A stretch of DNA of 64,000 bases. It comes from Candidatus Cloacimonadota bacterium. GTDB lineage: Bacteria; Cloacimonadota; Cloacimonadia; Cloacimonadales; Cloacimonadaceae. The stretch lies in the NCBI GenBank assembly GCA_029561955.1, contig JAKQWO010000036.1, positions 27,814 to 91,813 of the forward strand. The letters run 5' to 3'. Under the pieces are notes generated by a model. That model saw only the letters and a program-made list of their open reading frames with translations. It did no database searches and was not told the origin of the DNA. Position 1 is the stretch's first letter, and each line of letters opens with the position of its first letter. This document shows positions 1 through 7,756 of the stretch, in pieces. The translations under genes were made by a program, and so were the position numbers.

Positions 1-3000
1 CATTTCGCTTCTTTATCGCAACTCGTTTCGATAATGAAATCAGAAGTTATCTTAAATGTATCTGGACTGGGTGTCTCAGGGGTGCTTACCTCATCATCTG
101 AATCGCCATCTGCTCCCGATTTCATATCATAACCAGCAGAATGAACTATAAATAGTTTTTCCAAAGCGTTGGATACTGCATTTTTTAGAGCTTCTGATAA
201 TTCTTTTTTCTGTGGTTGATTCTCCCAAAAACTCACGATAGCATTGATAGTATTTTTGGCCAAGTCATCAGCATATAGTTCATCGGTAACTATCTTGTCA
301 AAGGTGGGGATATCATCCTCATTTTTGGTACTAGTTTTATTCATGATATATGGCACTGCATATCTGTTGTAAACAGCTTCGAGATATCGCCTCTTTCCTG
401 AGCCATCTTGCTCCGAACCGGATGTATTAAGGTATACTCTAATCTGATTCGGCAAGTCTTTCTTTACGCGACGCATCCACCCTATTCTAAGCTTGTTAAC
501 TAACTTAGCTTCATATTTATTAAAGCTGCTGACAATTGGAGAAGTACTTTCTAACACCAATATCCTCTTGGCTACAGGATCTTTTTCAGCTTTTGTCGGA
601 TACTCGCTTATGATCCCATACATCCTATCAGAAACTATGATGGTACGCAAGGGTAGTTTCTCGAGTATCTCTAATATATCTGTGCACTTTTGGCTGCGAT
701 CAGGCCCCTTATCTTTTTCCCCTAAATTGCTAAGAAAATAGCAGTAGATATTGGTAGTTAAATGCTCTATTGACGGAGAATGGTTACCAGGGCATTCTGG
801 TGAGTTGTCTACATCTTTATCATTGATGACAATGTATTCATAGACAAAATGCTGTTTATCGGTAAGGCTATCTTCAAAATAGATACCATCGCTTCCATAT
901 TCTTTTACCGCTTCTTTATCTACATTGAACCCAACAAACAGAGCAATCTTGGGTTTTTTGATGCAGAATTGGTAGCCAAGATACTCAATATCGGTCCCAA
1001 CTAATATGTTTGTTTTTTTATCATTTTCCATCTTTGACCCTAACTTTAACTTTACTGGAATAGCCTTAATAATGCCACTTCCGGTTTCCTTGTTAAAGAG
1101 AGTAGTCGATTCTTTATCGCTGTCAATCTCATCTTCGTAATCCGTTTCTTTAGCTACATCCATCATGTCTCGTTGCGCCAAGAAGCCAGCGCATATTTTC
1201 ATCTCAGCAAGCCCCCAATGATCCTGTTTTAGTGAACCGAATTCGTCCATAAAGCTCTTACAGAAAAATCCGTTAATTTTCTCGTCTAAGGTCTCGGATT
1301 TTGAGGTCTGGTCGTCTTCATTCTGGCCATCACCCGATTTAGCATCTTCAGGTATTACCACTTGAGAAACATTATCCCATACTTCCACCAAGTAATAGTC
1401 TTTCCTATCGTTGTCTGTAACTTGTAAGTTGATCTCTAGGTTATCATCAGGCTTTTTATCCGACTGCACCCAACTATGCTTTGCACTATTGCGTATGACG
1501 TTTTCTAGTATCGTATAAAAAGCGTGAAAGCCAATAATTCCCCCGGGGATACCGACTTGAAAATCGCGCTTGAATTCTGAGTCTATGATTTTGGAATCTT
1601 CATATACTTTATCATCTTTTTCTTTCCTATACCAGGCATTGAGTTTGATTTCAGACAATCTCTCACTTAATCCGTAGGATAATCCCTCTGCTTGTGCGAT
1701 GAATCTAAGCAGATTTTCCTGTTCGATAAAGCTCTTCCAAAGCTCCCGATAGAATAGCGTCCCATATGTCCATAAGGGAGTGGAACTGGCAATATAAGCC
1801 ACGAATTCCATTCGCCGTTGGATGTAGGAAAACAGCCTGTTATCCTCATCCTTATCCGTATAATTGCTGGTTACGGCAGAGAGTACATGGCTACCGATAT
1901 TGTGGCTGCCGTTACGATTGACGACGGCAGCTATTGCTGCGGTTGCTGACTTTTTAATCGCCTCTGCTTGATAATGCTTCTCTTCGTCAATCAAATAGAT
2001 GCGGTTCTTCAACAGCATTACTTCTCGTAGAGTGTCCCACCTAAAACGGGTGCTATTACCTCCCAATACTATGTATCCACCCACAGCTTCTTCTCTATAA
2101 GACTTCGCATTGTTGGAAGGCTCATCATTGTTGGAAGACTCCGCATTGTTGGAAGACTCCACATTGTTGGAAGACTTATCATTATTGGAAGACTTCGCAT
2201 CCTTTGCAGACGGGTTCTCTCGTAATTGCCATGTATCAATTGAAGGAATATGGTAAAAACAGTTGTCATCCCCGAACCATACAACACTGGCAAAAAGCGA
2301 GTAGAACGTAGAGTCATGTACCCCTTCGTCTAGTTCAGACAAGAGCGAAGCCCACGCGGTATTTCTTCTATAGATGGTCTTAAGATTGTCGACGAGGTTT
2401 ATAAACTTTTTTCGCAAATCTTTAACAGATTTTTGGACGGAGCTTTTCCAAGTTTCAAGCTCTTTTTTAAAGTCCTTTTTATCTTCATTTGACAGGGATG
2501 CTATCACTTCTTCTACTTCTTCGAGATCAAGTAGATAGTTGGTTTTATTCTCGGTGTCCGGTTCTAATTTTTGTATTTTTTCTTCAATCTTAGGCCAAAG
2601 AACATCAAATGATTCTCTTAACTTTTCACGGTTATCACGGGGGATAATAAACTTAACCTTTTCCAGCTTACCAGTTTGAAAAAATTTGATATCGACGTTA
2701 ACTGCATCTCCCAGACGAGTTTCAAGAATGATTTTATCGGGGAATGCTTTAAATAGAAAGCTTGAGATCTTTTTAACCCCCGTGTCGCTGTCGCTCTCAG
2801 ATTGTTTTTCCTGCAGCAAATCCGTAATTAAGGAGTAGCTGCAAAACACTTTCAGTGCTTGCATCTTCGTTCCTGACTCTTTGGTGCTGACAAGCATAGG
2901 TAAATCGTATCGATACTTTTTTTCCTTCACCGACCAGTATAGAGTTACGATGTACAGTGGGTCTTTGATAATCTGATTATCTACCAAAAACCTCGTATCT

Positions 3001-4205
3001 TGGATGATCAAATTGCGAATGTGATTTTTCCGGTCTTCCAGTTCTTTCCCTTCTGCCTGAGGATTTATCATCATTATGGTCTCTGGGAAATGAATATAGT
3101 TCTTCAGCAGTTCGTGTGACCTCTGTACAACTGACCAACCACTGAAACCACAATGACAAGGCTTATCCAAATGAGTTTTTTGATCATCGGCCATCTTGAA
3201 AACTTCAATATTCCAGATATGTCTTGTCTTAAACGTATTCGGCTCGTTTTTGAATATATCATTATGCAACTCCTCAATCCTATCCCTATATACTTTGATC
3301 ATATTATCTGCATTTTCATATTGGGGATATATGTTCACAATGCCATCAAAATGGCCCTTATCGGGGAAAGTCGAAAATTGTGGTGTGCTTTCAGACGCGG
3401 CCTTAATAGACTCAATCCACTTAGTGGGGGTTGTCTGTACCTCGAATGTTTGCGAGATATTCTCGCAATGTTCGAAACCCCTCTCGTGCAACAGATCCCG
3501 ATAAACGCTTATATTGGAAGCAGATGAATATTGCGTATACCGAAACCCAAATTCATCGCAAATCTCTTGGTATTGTATGATGAAGCGCAGCCAATTCACT
3601 CGCTGTTCATCGTCATTATTAAGCTCGCTATGAAGCTGAATATCATATCCCCACTTGTCGTAGGCATTACTCCAGGGGGCTATATCACCATGAGTTTCTG
3701 AAATGCAGATCAAATGCTTATCAGCAAGATATTGCTGTTGCAGAGTTTCCAGTAGTTTTATGGGTTCTTCAAGGAGGTGTAGAATAGAGAAACAAAACAC
3801 CGCATCGAATTTTTCACTATCTTTACTGGGACGCTCAGACGCAACATACTCCTCAACTCTCTTCTCTACAGGGGAAAAAGATACAGTCTCATCCTCGTAT
3901 TCTTCTAGATTGGCCCCGGCATTTTCCAGCATTGCTTTATCCGAATCTACTCCCACAATTTCGATTCTTTTAAAATCGTAGCCATCTTGATCCTCGTGAA
4001 GTTTCTTCACCAAGGCTACACCAAATAACCCTGAGCCAATGCCAAGGTCAAGTATACGAATCTTACTATCCTTCTTGGCTGAATCATTATACAGTTGATT
4101 CAGTTGACCCAGCAGTTTGGTAGCTGCGACTTGAAATCCTTCTGAGGGATTTTCTCCGTAGACTAACTTCTCGGATTCACTTGATATGTATTTTGCGCCA
4201 TCCAT
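1..4205 (-). CDS. Giant multidomain protein, 5' 1401 codons only (C-terminus lies beyond the window edge). N-terminal class I SAM-dependent methyltransferase fused to a histidine-kinase-like (GHKL) ATPase core.
   Basis: Absent from the ORF track because there is no stop inside the window. I checked by hand every in-frame triplet (plus-strand triplets starting at positions divisible by 3) from 4205 down to 3 and found no tta, cta or tca. ATG at 4205-4203 is preceded by GGAGTGAG. Translation begins MDGAKYISSESEKLVYGENPSEG. MTase motif I 'RILDLGIGSGLFG' (~4040-4078), then 'VGVDSD' and 'FDAVFCFSILHL'. H-box-like 'NGSHNIGSHVLSAV' (~1881-1922). N-box 'ILENVIRNSAKHS' (~1480-1518). G2-like 'HWGLAEMKICAGF' (~1190-1227). 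Confidence 0.8.
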   Translation of the reverse strand, partial: MDGAKYISSESEKLVYGENPSEGFQVAATKLLGQLNQLYNDSAKKDSKIRILDLGIGSGLFGVALVKKLHEDQDGYDFKRIEIVGVDSDKAMLENAGANLEEYEDETVSFSPVEKRVEEYVASERPSKDSEKFDAVFCFSILHLLEEPIKLLETLQQQYLADKHLICISETHGDIAPWSNAYDKWGYDIQLHSELNNDDEQRVNWLRFIIQYQEICDEFGFRYTQYSSASNISVYRDLLHERGFEHCENISQTFEVQTTPTKWIESIKAASESTPQFSTFPDKGHFDGIVNIYPQYENADNMIKVYRDRIEELHNDIFKNEPNTFKTRHIWNIEVFKMADDQKTHLDKPCHCGFSGWSVVQRSHELLKNYIHFPETIMMINPQAEGKELEDRKNHIRNLIIQDTRFLVDNQIIKDPLYIVTLYWSVKEKKYRYDLPMLVSTKESGTKMQALKVFCSYSLITDLLQEKQSESDSDTGVKKISSFLFKAFPDKIILETRLGDAVNVDIKFFQTGKLEKVKFIIPRDNREKLRESFDVLWPKIEEKIQKLEPDTENKTNYLLDLEEVEEVIASLSNEDKKDFKKELETWKSSVQKSVKDLRKKFINLVDNLKTIYRRNTAWASLLSELDEGVHDSTFYSLFASVVWFGDDNCFYHIPSIDTWQLRENPSAKDAKSSNNDKSSNNVESSNNAESSNNDEPSNNAKSYREEAVGGYIVLGGNSTRFRWDTLREVMLLKNRIYLIDEEKHYQAEAIKKSATAAIAAVVNRNGSHNIGSHVLSAVTSNYTDKDEDNRLFSYIQRRMEFVAYIASSTPLWTYGTLFYRELWKSFIEQENLLRFIAQAEGLSYGLSERLSEIKLNAWYRKEKDDKVYEDSKIIDSEFKRDFQVGIPGGIIGFHAFYTILENVIRNSAKHSWVQSDKKPDDNLEINLQVTDNDRKDYYLVEVWDNVSQVVIPEDAKSGDGQNEDDQTSKSETLDEKINGFFCKSFMDEFGSLKQDHWGLAEMKICAGFLAQRDMMDVAKETDYEDEIDSDKESTTLFNKETGSGIIKAIPVKLKLGSKMENDKKTNILVGTDIEYLGYQFCIKKPKIALFVGFNVDKEAVKEYGSDGIYFEDSLTDKQHFVYEYIVINDKDVDNSPECPGNHSPSIEHLTTNIYCYFLSNLGEKDKGPDRSQKCTDILEILEKLPLRTIIVSDRMYGIISEYPTKAEKDPVAKRILVLESTSPIVSSFNKYEAKLVNKLRIGWMRRVKKDLPNQIRVYLNTSGSEQDGSGKRRYLEAVYNRYAVPYIMNKTSTKNEDDIPTFDKIVTDELYADDLAKNTINAIVSFWENQPQKKELSEALKNAVSNALEKLFIVHSAGYDMKSGADGDSDDEVSTPETPSPDTFKITSDFIIETSCDKEAK
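2099..2198. repeat. In-frame 18-bp tandem repeat, five full units plus a partial one, inside the giant ORF
   Basis: Units at 2109-2126, 2127-2144, 2145-2162, 2163-2180 and 2181-2198, each of the form att[ga]ttggaag[ag]ct plus 4 variable nt. On the coding strand they encode AKSSNN DKSSNN VESSNN AESSNN DEPSNN. Confidence 0.9.
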
Positions 4206-4212
4206 AATATTC

Positions 4213-4416
4213 TCACTCCAATTCCCCAACCTTGATGTCATACTCAAGTGTTTTGCCAAAAAACTTTGATACACCTGTAAACAAAGCTTCTTTGTGCACT
4301 TTGTACTTGTTGATTAACTCTGCTTCCTCTTGAGTGAGCTCAACCTGAGCTCTGAGCTCAAATGAGATACCGCCCAAAAGGCCTTTCGACTGATCGCGAG
4401 TGATCGTTAAGATCAT
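4213..4416 (-). CDS. Hypothetical 67-aa protein
   Basis: ORF track. Stop lies 7 nt upstream of the giant ORF start and start lies 12 nt after the preceding gene. I recognise no motif. Confidence 0.55.
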   Translation of the reverse strand: MILTITRDQSKGLLGGISFELRAQVELTQEEAELINKYKVHKEALFTGVSKFFGKTLEYDIKVGELE

Positions 4417-4428
4417 TTCCTTTCTCCT

Positions 4429-4650
4429 TTACGAATATACGACAACTCTGCCGCTTAAATATCCTTTATGCACCCTGGAACCGCTGACAAAGACCTCTCC
4501 CTCGCCGGGGTCAGCATTCAGGTGCACTTCGCCATTGCTATTTGTGTATCCCTCCAATCCACCGCGCAGCAGCCCGGAAAAGGAGACATACACCTTCCTG
4601 CCACTCAGGGGCTTCCCTGTCGATTTTGAATACACTTGCACGGTAATCAT
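4429..4650 (-). CDS. Hypothetical small beta-rich protein (73 aa from ATG 4650; a GTG at 4662 would give 77 aa)
   Basis: ORF track 4429..4662. The internal ATG at 4650 is preceded by GTGAGG. 'ITVQVYSKSTGKPLSGRKVYV...GYTNSNGEVHL' resembles a carboxypeptidase-regulatory-like beta-sandwich (weak, by eye). Confidence 0.5.
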   Translation of the reverse strand: MITVQVYSKSTGKPLSGRKVYVSFSGLLRGGLEGYTNSNGEVHLNADPGEGEVFVSGSRVHKGYLSGRVVVYS

Positions 4651-4658
4651 TTTTAACC

Positions 4659-5195
4659 TCACTTTATCCTTATTGGTTCTGTTTTGTAAACGCCGGCTGA
4701 AGAACCGGTGAGATAGACGTCATTGACATATATTTGCTCGATCATGTAATCTTCCAGGCTGCTAAAGAAATCCAGGCCAAGAAATTGGATGAATTGGACG
4801 ATGGTGCCCGACAGTCCGGATTTATAGACCACCAATCTCACCCGCATCCATTTGTTCCAGGGGATTTGCGTGCCGGTCTGGGCAACGTTTTCCCCTTTCT
4901 TGATAAAGCTGTCTGCATAGTAAATAAAGGCGCTGTTTGACCTATCCCTGATGTCCACACCCACATTGGCGCCGGGGCCGTTGATGATCCAAATGGCCGA
5001 ACCTTGGATGGTATTTGGGATAAAAAACATCTCTGTATTGCCCATGATATTGGGGTCTGGCCCCAGATGAGTCACTCCATCCCTATTGTTGTCCATGAGT
5101 GTGATGCGGGCTGGATCCTCAGAGCAAGACACGGTAAAAAGCATAAGCAAAACCACCAAAACTGGTGCGAATTTGGAAATCTTCTTAAGCATCAT
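4659..5195 (-). CDS. Putative lipoprotein, 178 aa
   Basis: Signal peptide plus lipobox-like 'LFTVSC'. AGGAG lies 4 nt upstream of the ATG. The stop overlaps the next gene's alternative GTG (gtga). Confidence 0.65.
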   Translation of the reverse strand: MMLKKISKFAPVLVVLLMLFTVSCSEDPARITLMDNNRDGVTHLGPDPNIMGNTEMFFIPNTIQGSAIWIINGPGANVGVDIRDRSNSAFIYYADSFIKKGENVAQTGTQIPWNKWMRVRLVVYKSGLSGTIVQFIQFLGLDFFSSLEDYMIEQIYVNDVYLTGSSAGVYKTEPIRIK

Positions 5196-5337
5196 GCTAC
5201 TCCTTTTTGGTATTATTGAGCTGAAAAATGGACGTTTCTCTGGATTAAATATCTAAGCGGAGCCGTAAACCAGCATCCTGCCATGGTCTTTAAATCTTTA
5301 TATTTCATTACTCACCCCTTGCAATCATATGGGGCGC

Positions 5338-5365
5338 ATACTAACTGAAGGGCTTTTCTTGTCAA
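5338..5365 (-). promoter_or_regulatory. Sigma70-like promoter candidate for the 5195->1 operon
   Basis: On the minus strand: TTGACA (5365-5360), 16-nt spacer, TAGTAT (5343-5338), about 140 nt upstream of the ATG at 5195. Confidence 0.4.
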
Positions 5366-5454
5366 TAACAATGTTTTGATTTGCCTATTTTGAGGGTTTA
5401 ATGTCTTGGGTTTGGGTTTTGTCCGGCTCTGCGAGAGATTTGTGGTTTTTTCTT

Positions 5455-5810
5455 GCTCAAACTCCTACTAAAATAGTAGGCATTCCCAAGTGACGACCGA
5501 CACCGGAAAAAGTAGGGCTTTCTGAAAAATTTGACCTACGCACGGGGAAAAGTTACAGGAAACGGCCCATTTTGACCCTCCTCAAAGCCGCTGTTTATGC
5601 GGCGTCCCTGCCCCGCCCCTGCTCGGCTCCTCCTCCATCGAGCAGGAACGGCATAGGATACCAAGAGGTTACGAGTTTGGGCGGAGTAGGCGCTCAGAAA
5701 GAGGTGAACCTTTTCAAAAAGGCAAATGTCTCGAAAACATCTGGTTTTTGCAAGGAAATTAAGGCCCCAAAATGCACACTTTTTCAACAAACGTGAACCG
5801 GCTTCACTGA
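5455..5810 (+). repeat. Dispersed ~350-bp intergenic repeat, family A, copy 1
   Basis: Aligns by eye over its whole length with 31771-32125 (reverse complement) and 55795-56140. It opens with the hairpin CCTACTA-AAA-TAGTAGG (5464-5480). Confidence 0.85.
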
Positions 5811-5927
5811 CTGGATTTTCCCACGGATGAACACGTATTTTCACGGATGTGTGAGGAAAGGAATTGACCAGTATCAATTGTGAGCGTTCTGGTGAAGCAT
5901 CTCGACCTAAATCATCAATCTGTCGCT

Positions 5928-5955
5928 TTGTTTTTCACAATTTTCAGCGTATTAT
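5928..5955 (+). promoter_or_regulatory. Promoter candidate for the 5990-7453 cassette
   Basis: TTGTTT (5928-5933), 16-nt spacer, TATTAT (5950-5955), 35 nt upstream of the ATG at 5990. Confidence 0.3.
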
Positions 5956-5989
5956 ATATAGCAGAGAAAGCAAGATTCAGGAGTAGAAT

Positions 5990-6853
5990 ATGACCTCGTT
6001 CAGCAACTCAGTTACCACATCTCAAAATATTGATGCGGTTGTAGCCAGCAGCCTGAAAACAAGCATCAATCGCTTTCGCGAGAGGCCTTTGTTGTTTTTT
6101 ACCGAAGCAGATATCCAAACCTATCTGCACAAAGACCTGATAAGCCGTAATACGCAACACATGACTCTCGATGAGGGAAGGATTTCCCTGATCCACCGTG
6201 AGTACCCCACAAATTTCAGATACGAAAAATCCCGGCTTCTTGAGGGGTATTCAGATAAAGATTTGATTGAGACCGATCTTACGAATCAGTCCATTAAGAG
6301 TAGAGGACATTTTGACCTGGTAGTATTGAATCCCAAGTTCCTCGCAAAAATGACCAAAAAGTATGGTGTAATAAACGAGATGATCGCGGAAATCATCAAT
6401 AAAAACGTGAATAGGGCAATTGGCAGATTTAAAGAACCCAATAGTGAGCACGATAAGGAAATTCTATATGCGATTGAGATCAAATATCTGCATATGTTCA
6501 ACTGCAATAGTGCCTCCATGTTGGATCAGATACAGATGGACAACGAAAAGCTCAGCATTGCTCTGAGGCGCACCGATAGCTTTATCAAGCCGATCAACAT
6601 TGTATTCAGCTCTTCAAATTCGCCGAATAACGTAAAGTCGTACATGACACATGGGGAGCTTGTTCGCCGTTCAACCGAGAAAGTGTACCGGATCAAGAGT
6701 GGCATCTTGAACATCTATGTGGAAGCGTATCATGATGATGAGAATAAGAAATACACAAACAAAAAAGATGGTGGGCTGATAGCCTATTGCAAAGACCCTC
6801 AGCCATGGGCGATTACTCTGTGTGAAAAACTTATGATTAAACTAAATAGTTAG
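5990..6853 (+). CDS. Hypothetical protein with a PD-(D/E)xK nuclease-like motif set, 287 aa
   Basis: ORF track. Motifs 'FTEADIQTYLHKDL', 'GHFDLVVLNP' (D109) and 'YAIEIKYL' (E163-x-K165). AT-rich. Confidence 0.6.
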   Translation: MTSFSNSVTTSQNIDAVVASSLKTSINRFRERPLLFFTEADIQTYLHKDLISRNTQHMTLDEGRISLIHREYPTNFRYEKSRLLEGYSDKDLIETDLTNQSIKSRGHFDLVVLNPKFLAKMTKKYGVINEMIAEIINKNVNRAIGRFKEPNSEHDKEILYAIEIKYLHMFNCNSASMLDQIQMDNEKLSIALRRTDSFIKPINIVFSSSNSPNNVKSYMTHGELVRRSTEKVYRIKSGILNIYVEAYHDDENKKYTNKKDGGLIAYCKDPQPWAITLCEKLMIKLNS

Positions 6854-6868
6854 ATAAAAGGAGATTAC

Positions 6869-7453
6869 ATGCACAGTCCACACCAATTATCCGTATCAAA
6901 TGATGTATTTGATAAAGCCGTTAAAGCGACAGCCATTGTGAAGAAACAACGAATACGCTCTGTTCAGGAAAGGCTTCATGATCTCACTTCCTTAAAACTT
7001 GTGCCAAAACAGTGGAACAAAGGCTCAAGCAGTGGTGCTCAAAATGATGATCGGGAAAAGATAAAACCCATTCCGGTCAAGATCATTGAGTTTAAAGTGG
7101 CAGATATCATGAGAGCCATGCGCTGCGACAATGAGTTTGAATTTTGGGGACGAGTTCTCTCAGTCCTCCACAGGGATACCTTCGAGTGTCATGAGGATTT
7201 GTTTATAACTGAAAACAGAGGGATGGTATTAGAGCAACTGGAGAGGATAGAAGAGAGAATCATCAGAATAGATTATTCAAAAGAGATCCCCGCTATTGAT
7301 GATGTACTCGGAGTCTTTTTCCCCTGTAGTAGGAAGGATTTCACCCCAATCTTAGAGCCATGGATAGAGCTCTATCCTCAAGTGATAGCCTACTTCTCGT
7401 TTGTTCTGGGTGTTTCTGCACAAAATTTGGCAACCGTTACGGGCGGTCGCTGA
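6869..7453 (+). CDS. Hypothetical protein, 194 aa, partner of the preceding gene
   Basis: ORF track. Lies 15 nt downstream of the previous stop with AAGGAG upstream. No recognisable motif. Confidence 0.55.
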   Translation: MHSPHQLSVSNDVFDKAVKATAIVKKQRIRSVQERLHDLTSLKLVPKQWNKGSSSGAQNDDREKIKPIPVKIIEFKVADIMRAMRCDNEFEFWGRVLSVLHRDTFECHEDLFITENRGMVLEQLERIEERIIRIDYSKEIPAIDDVLGVFFPCSRKDFTPILEPWIELYPQVIAYFSFVLGVSAQNLATVTGGR

Positions 7454-7756
7454 ACCGCCGCTCTAAGGCAGCGGATGTGTTCCATCGGCACTCGGACGAG
7501 TGTCGTTAAGGTCGGTGTGGCGAGTGCACATCGACGTGGTGAGCTGCGCTGGTGATGGGGCTGAAAGAGTTTGTGGTGTAGATGACTGTGGTTTTTTGGG
7601 ATAGGTCGAAGCAGGCTGGGCCTGCTAGCGGCGGTATGGCAACCGCCGGCTACCTTGGGTCGGTGCGGCTGACGCCGGTACCTTCGGTGCGCGGCGAGCG
7701 ACCGTACAGGGGTATTTTATGACGGGATGTTTTTGGGGAGAGTGAACCTGGTTGGT

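Noticed and set aside
3153-3527. Plus-strand ORFs of 124 and 102 aa, the longest listed in the first 4 kb
   Set aside because: They lie antisense to the verified 1401-codon minus-strand frame. They are hydrophobic and low-complexity with no ribosome-binding site.
5536-5877. ORFs inside family A repeats (5536-5877, 5572-5796, 31814-32140, 31958-32185, 55806-56003) that give similar peptides ('...SAYSAQTRNLL.SYA.PA...INSGF..GQ..PFPVTF')
   Set aside because: The similarity only reflects the DNA repeat. Differences between copies are mostly non-synonymous (RWRRSRAGAGQGRR versus PRSRGLTGAGLGSR). Start and stop positions differ between copies and there is no RBS. I also considered a conserved RNA hairpin around CCTGCTCG...CGAGCAGG. 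However, copy 2 pairs a different upstream arm in a same-length segment, so I could not support compensatory change.
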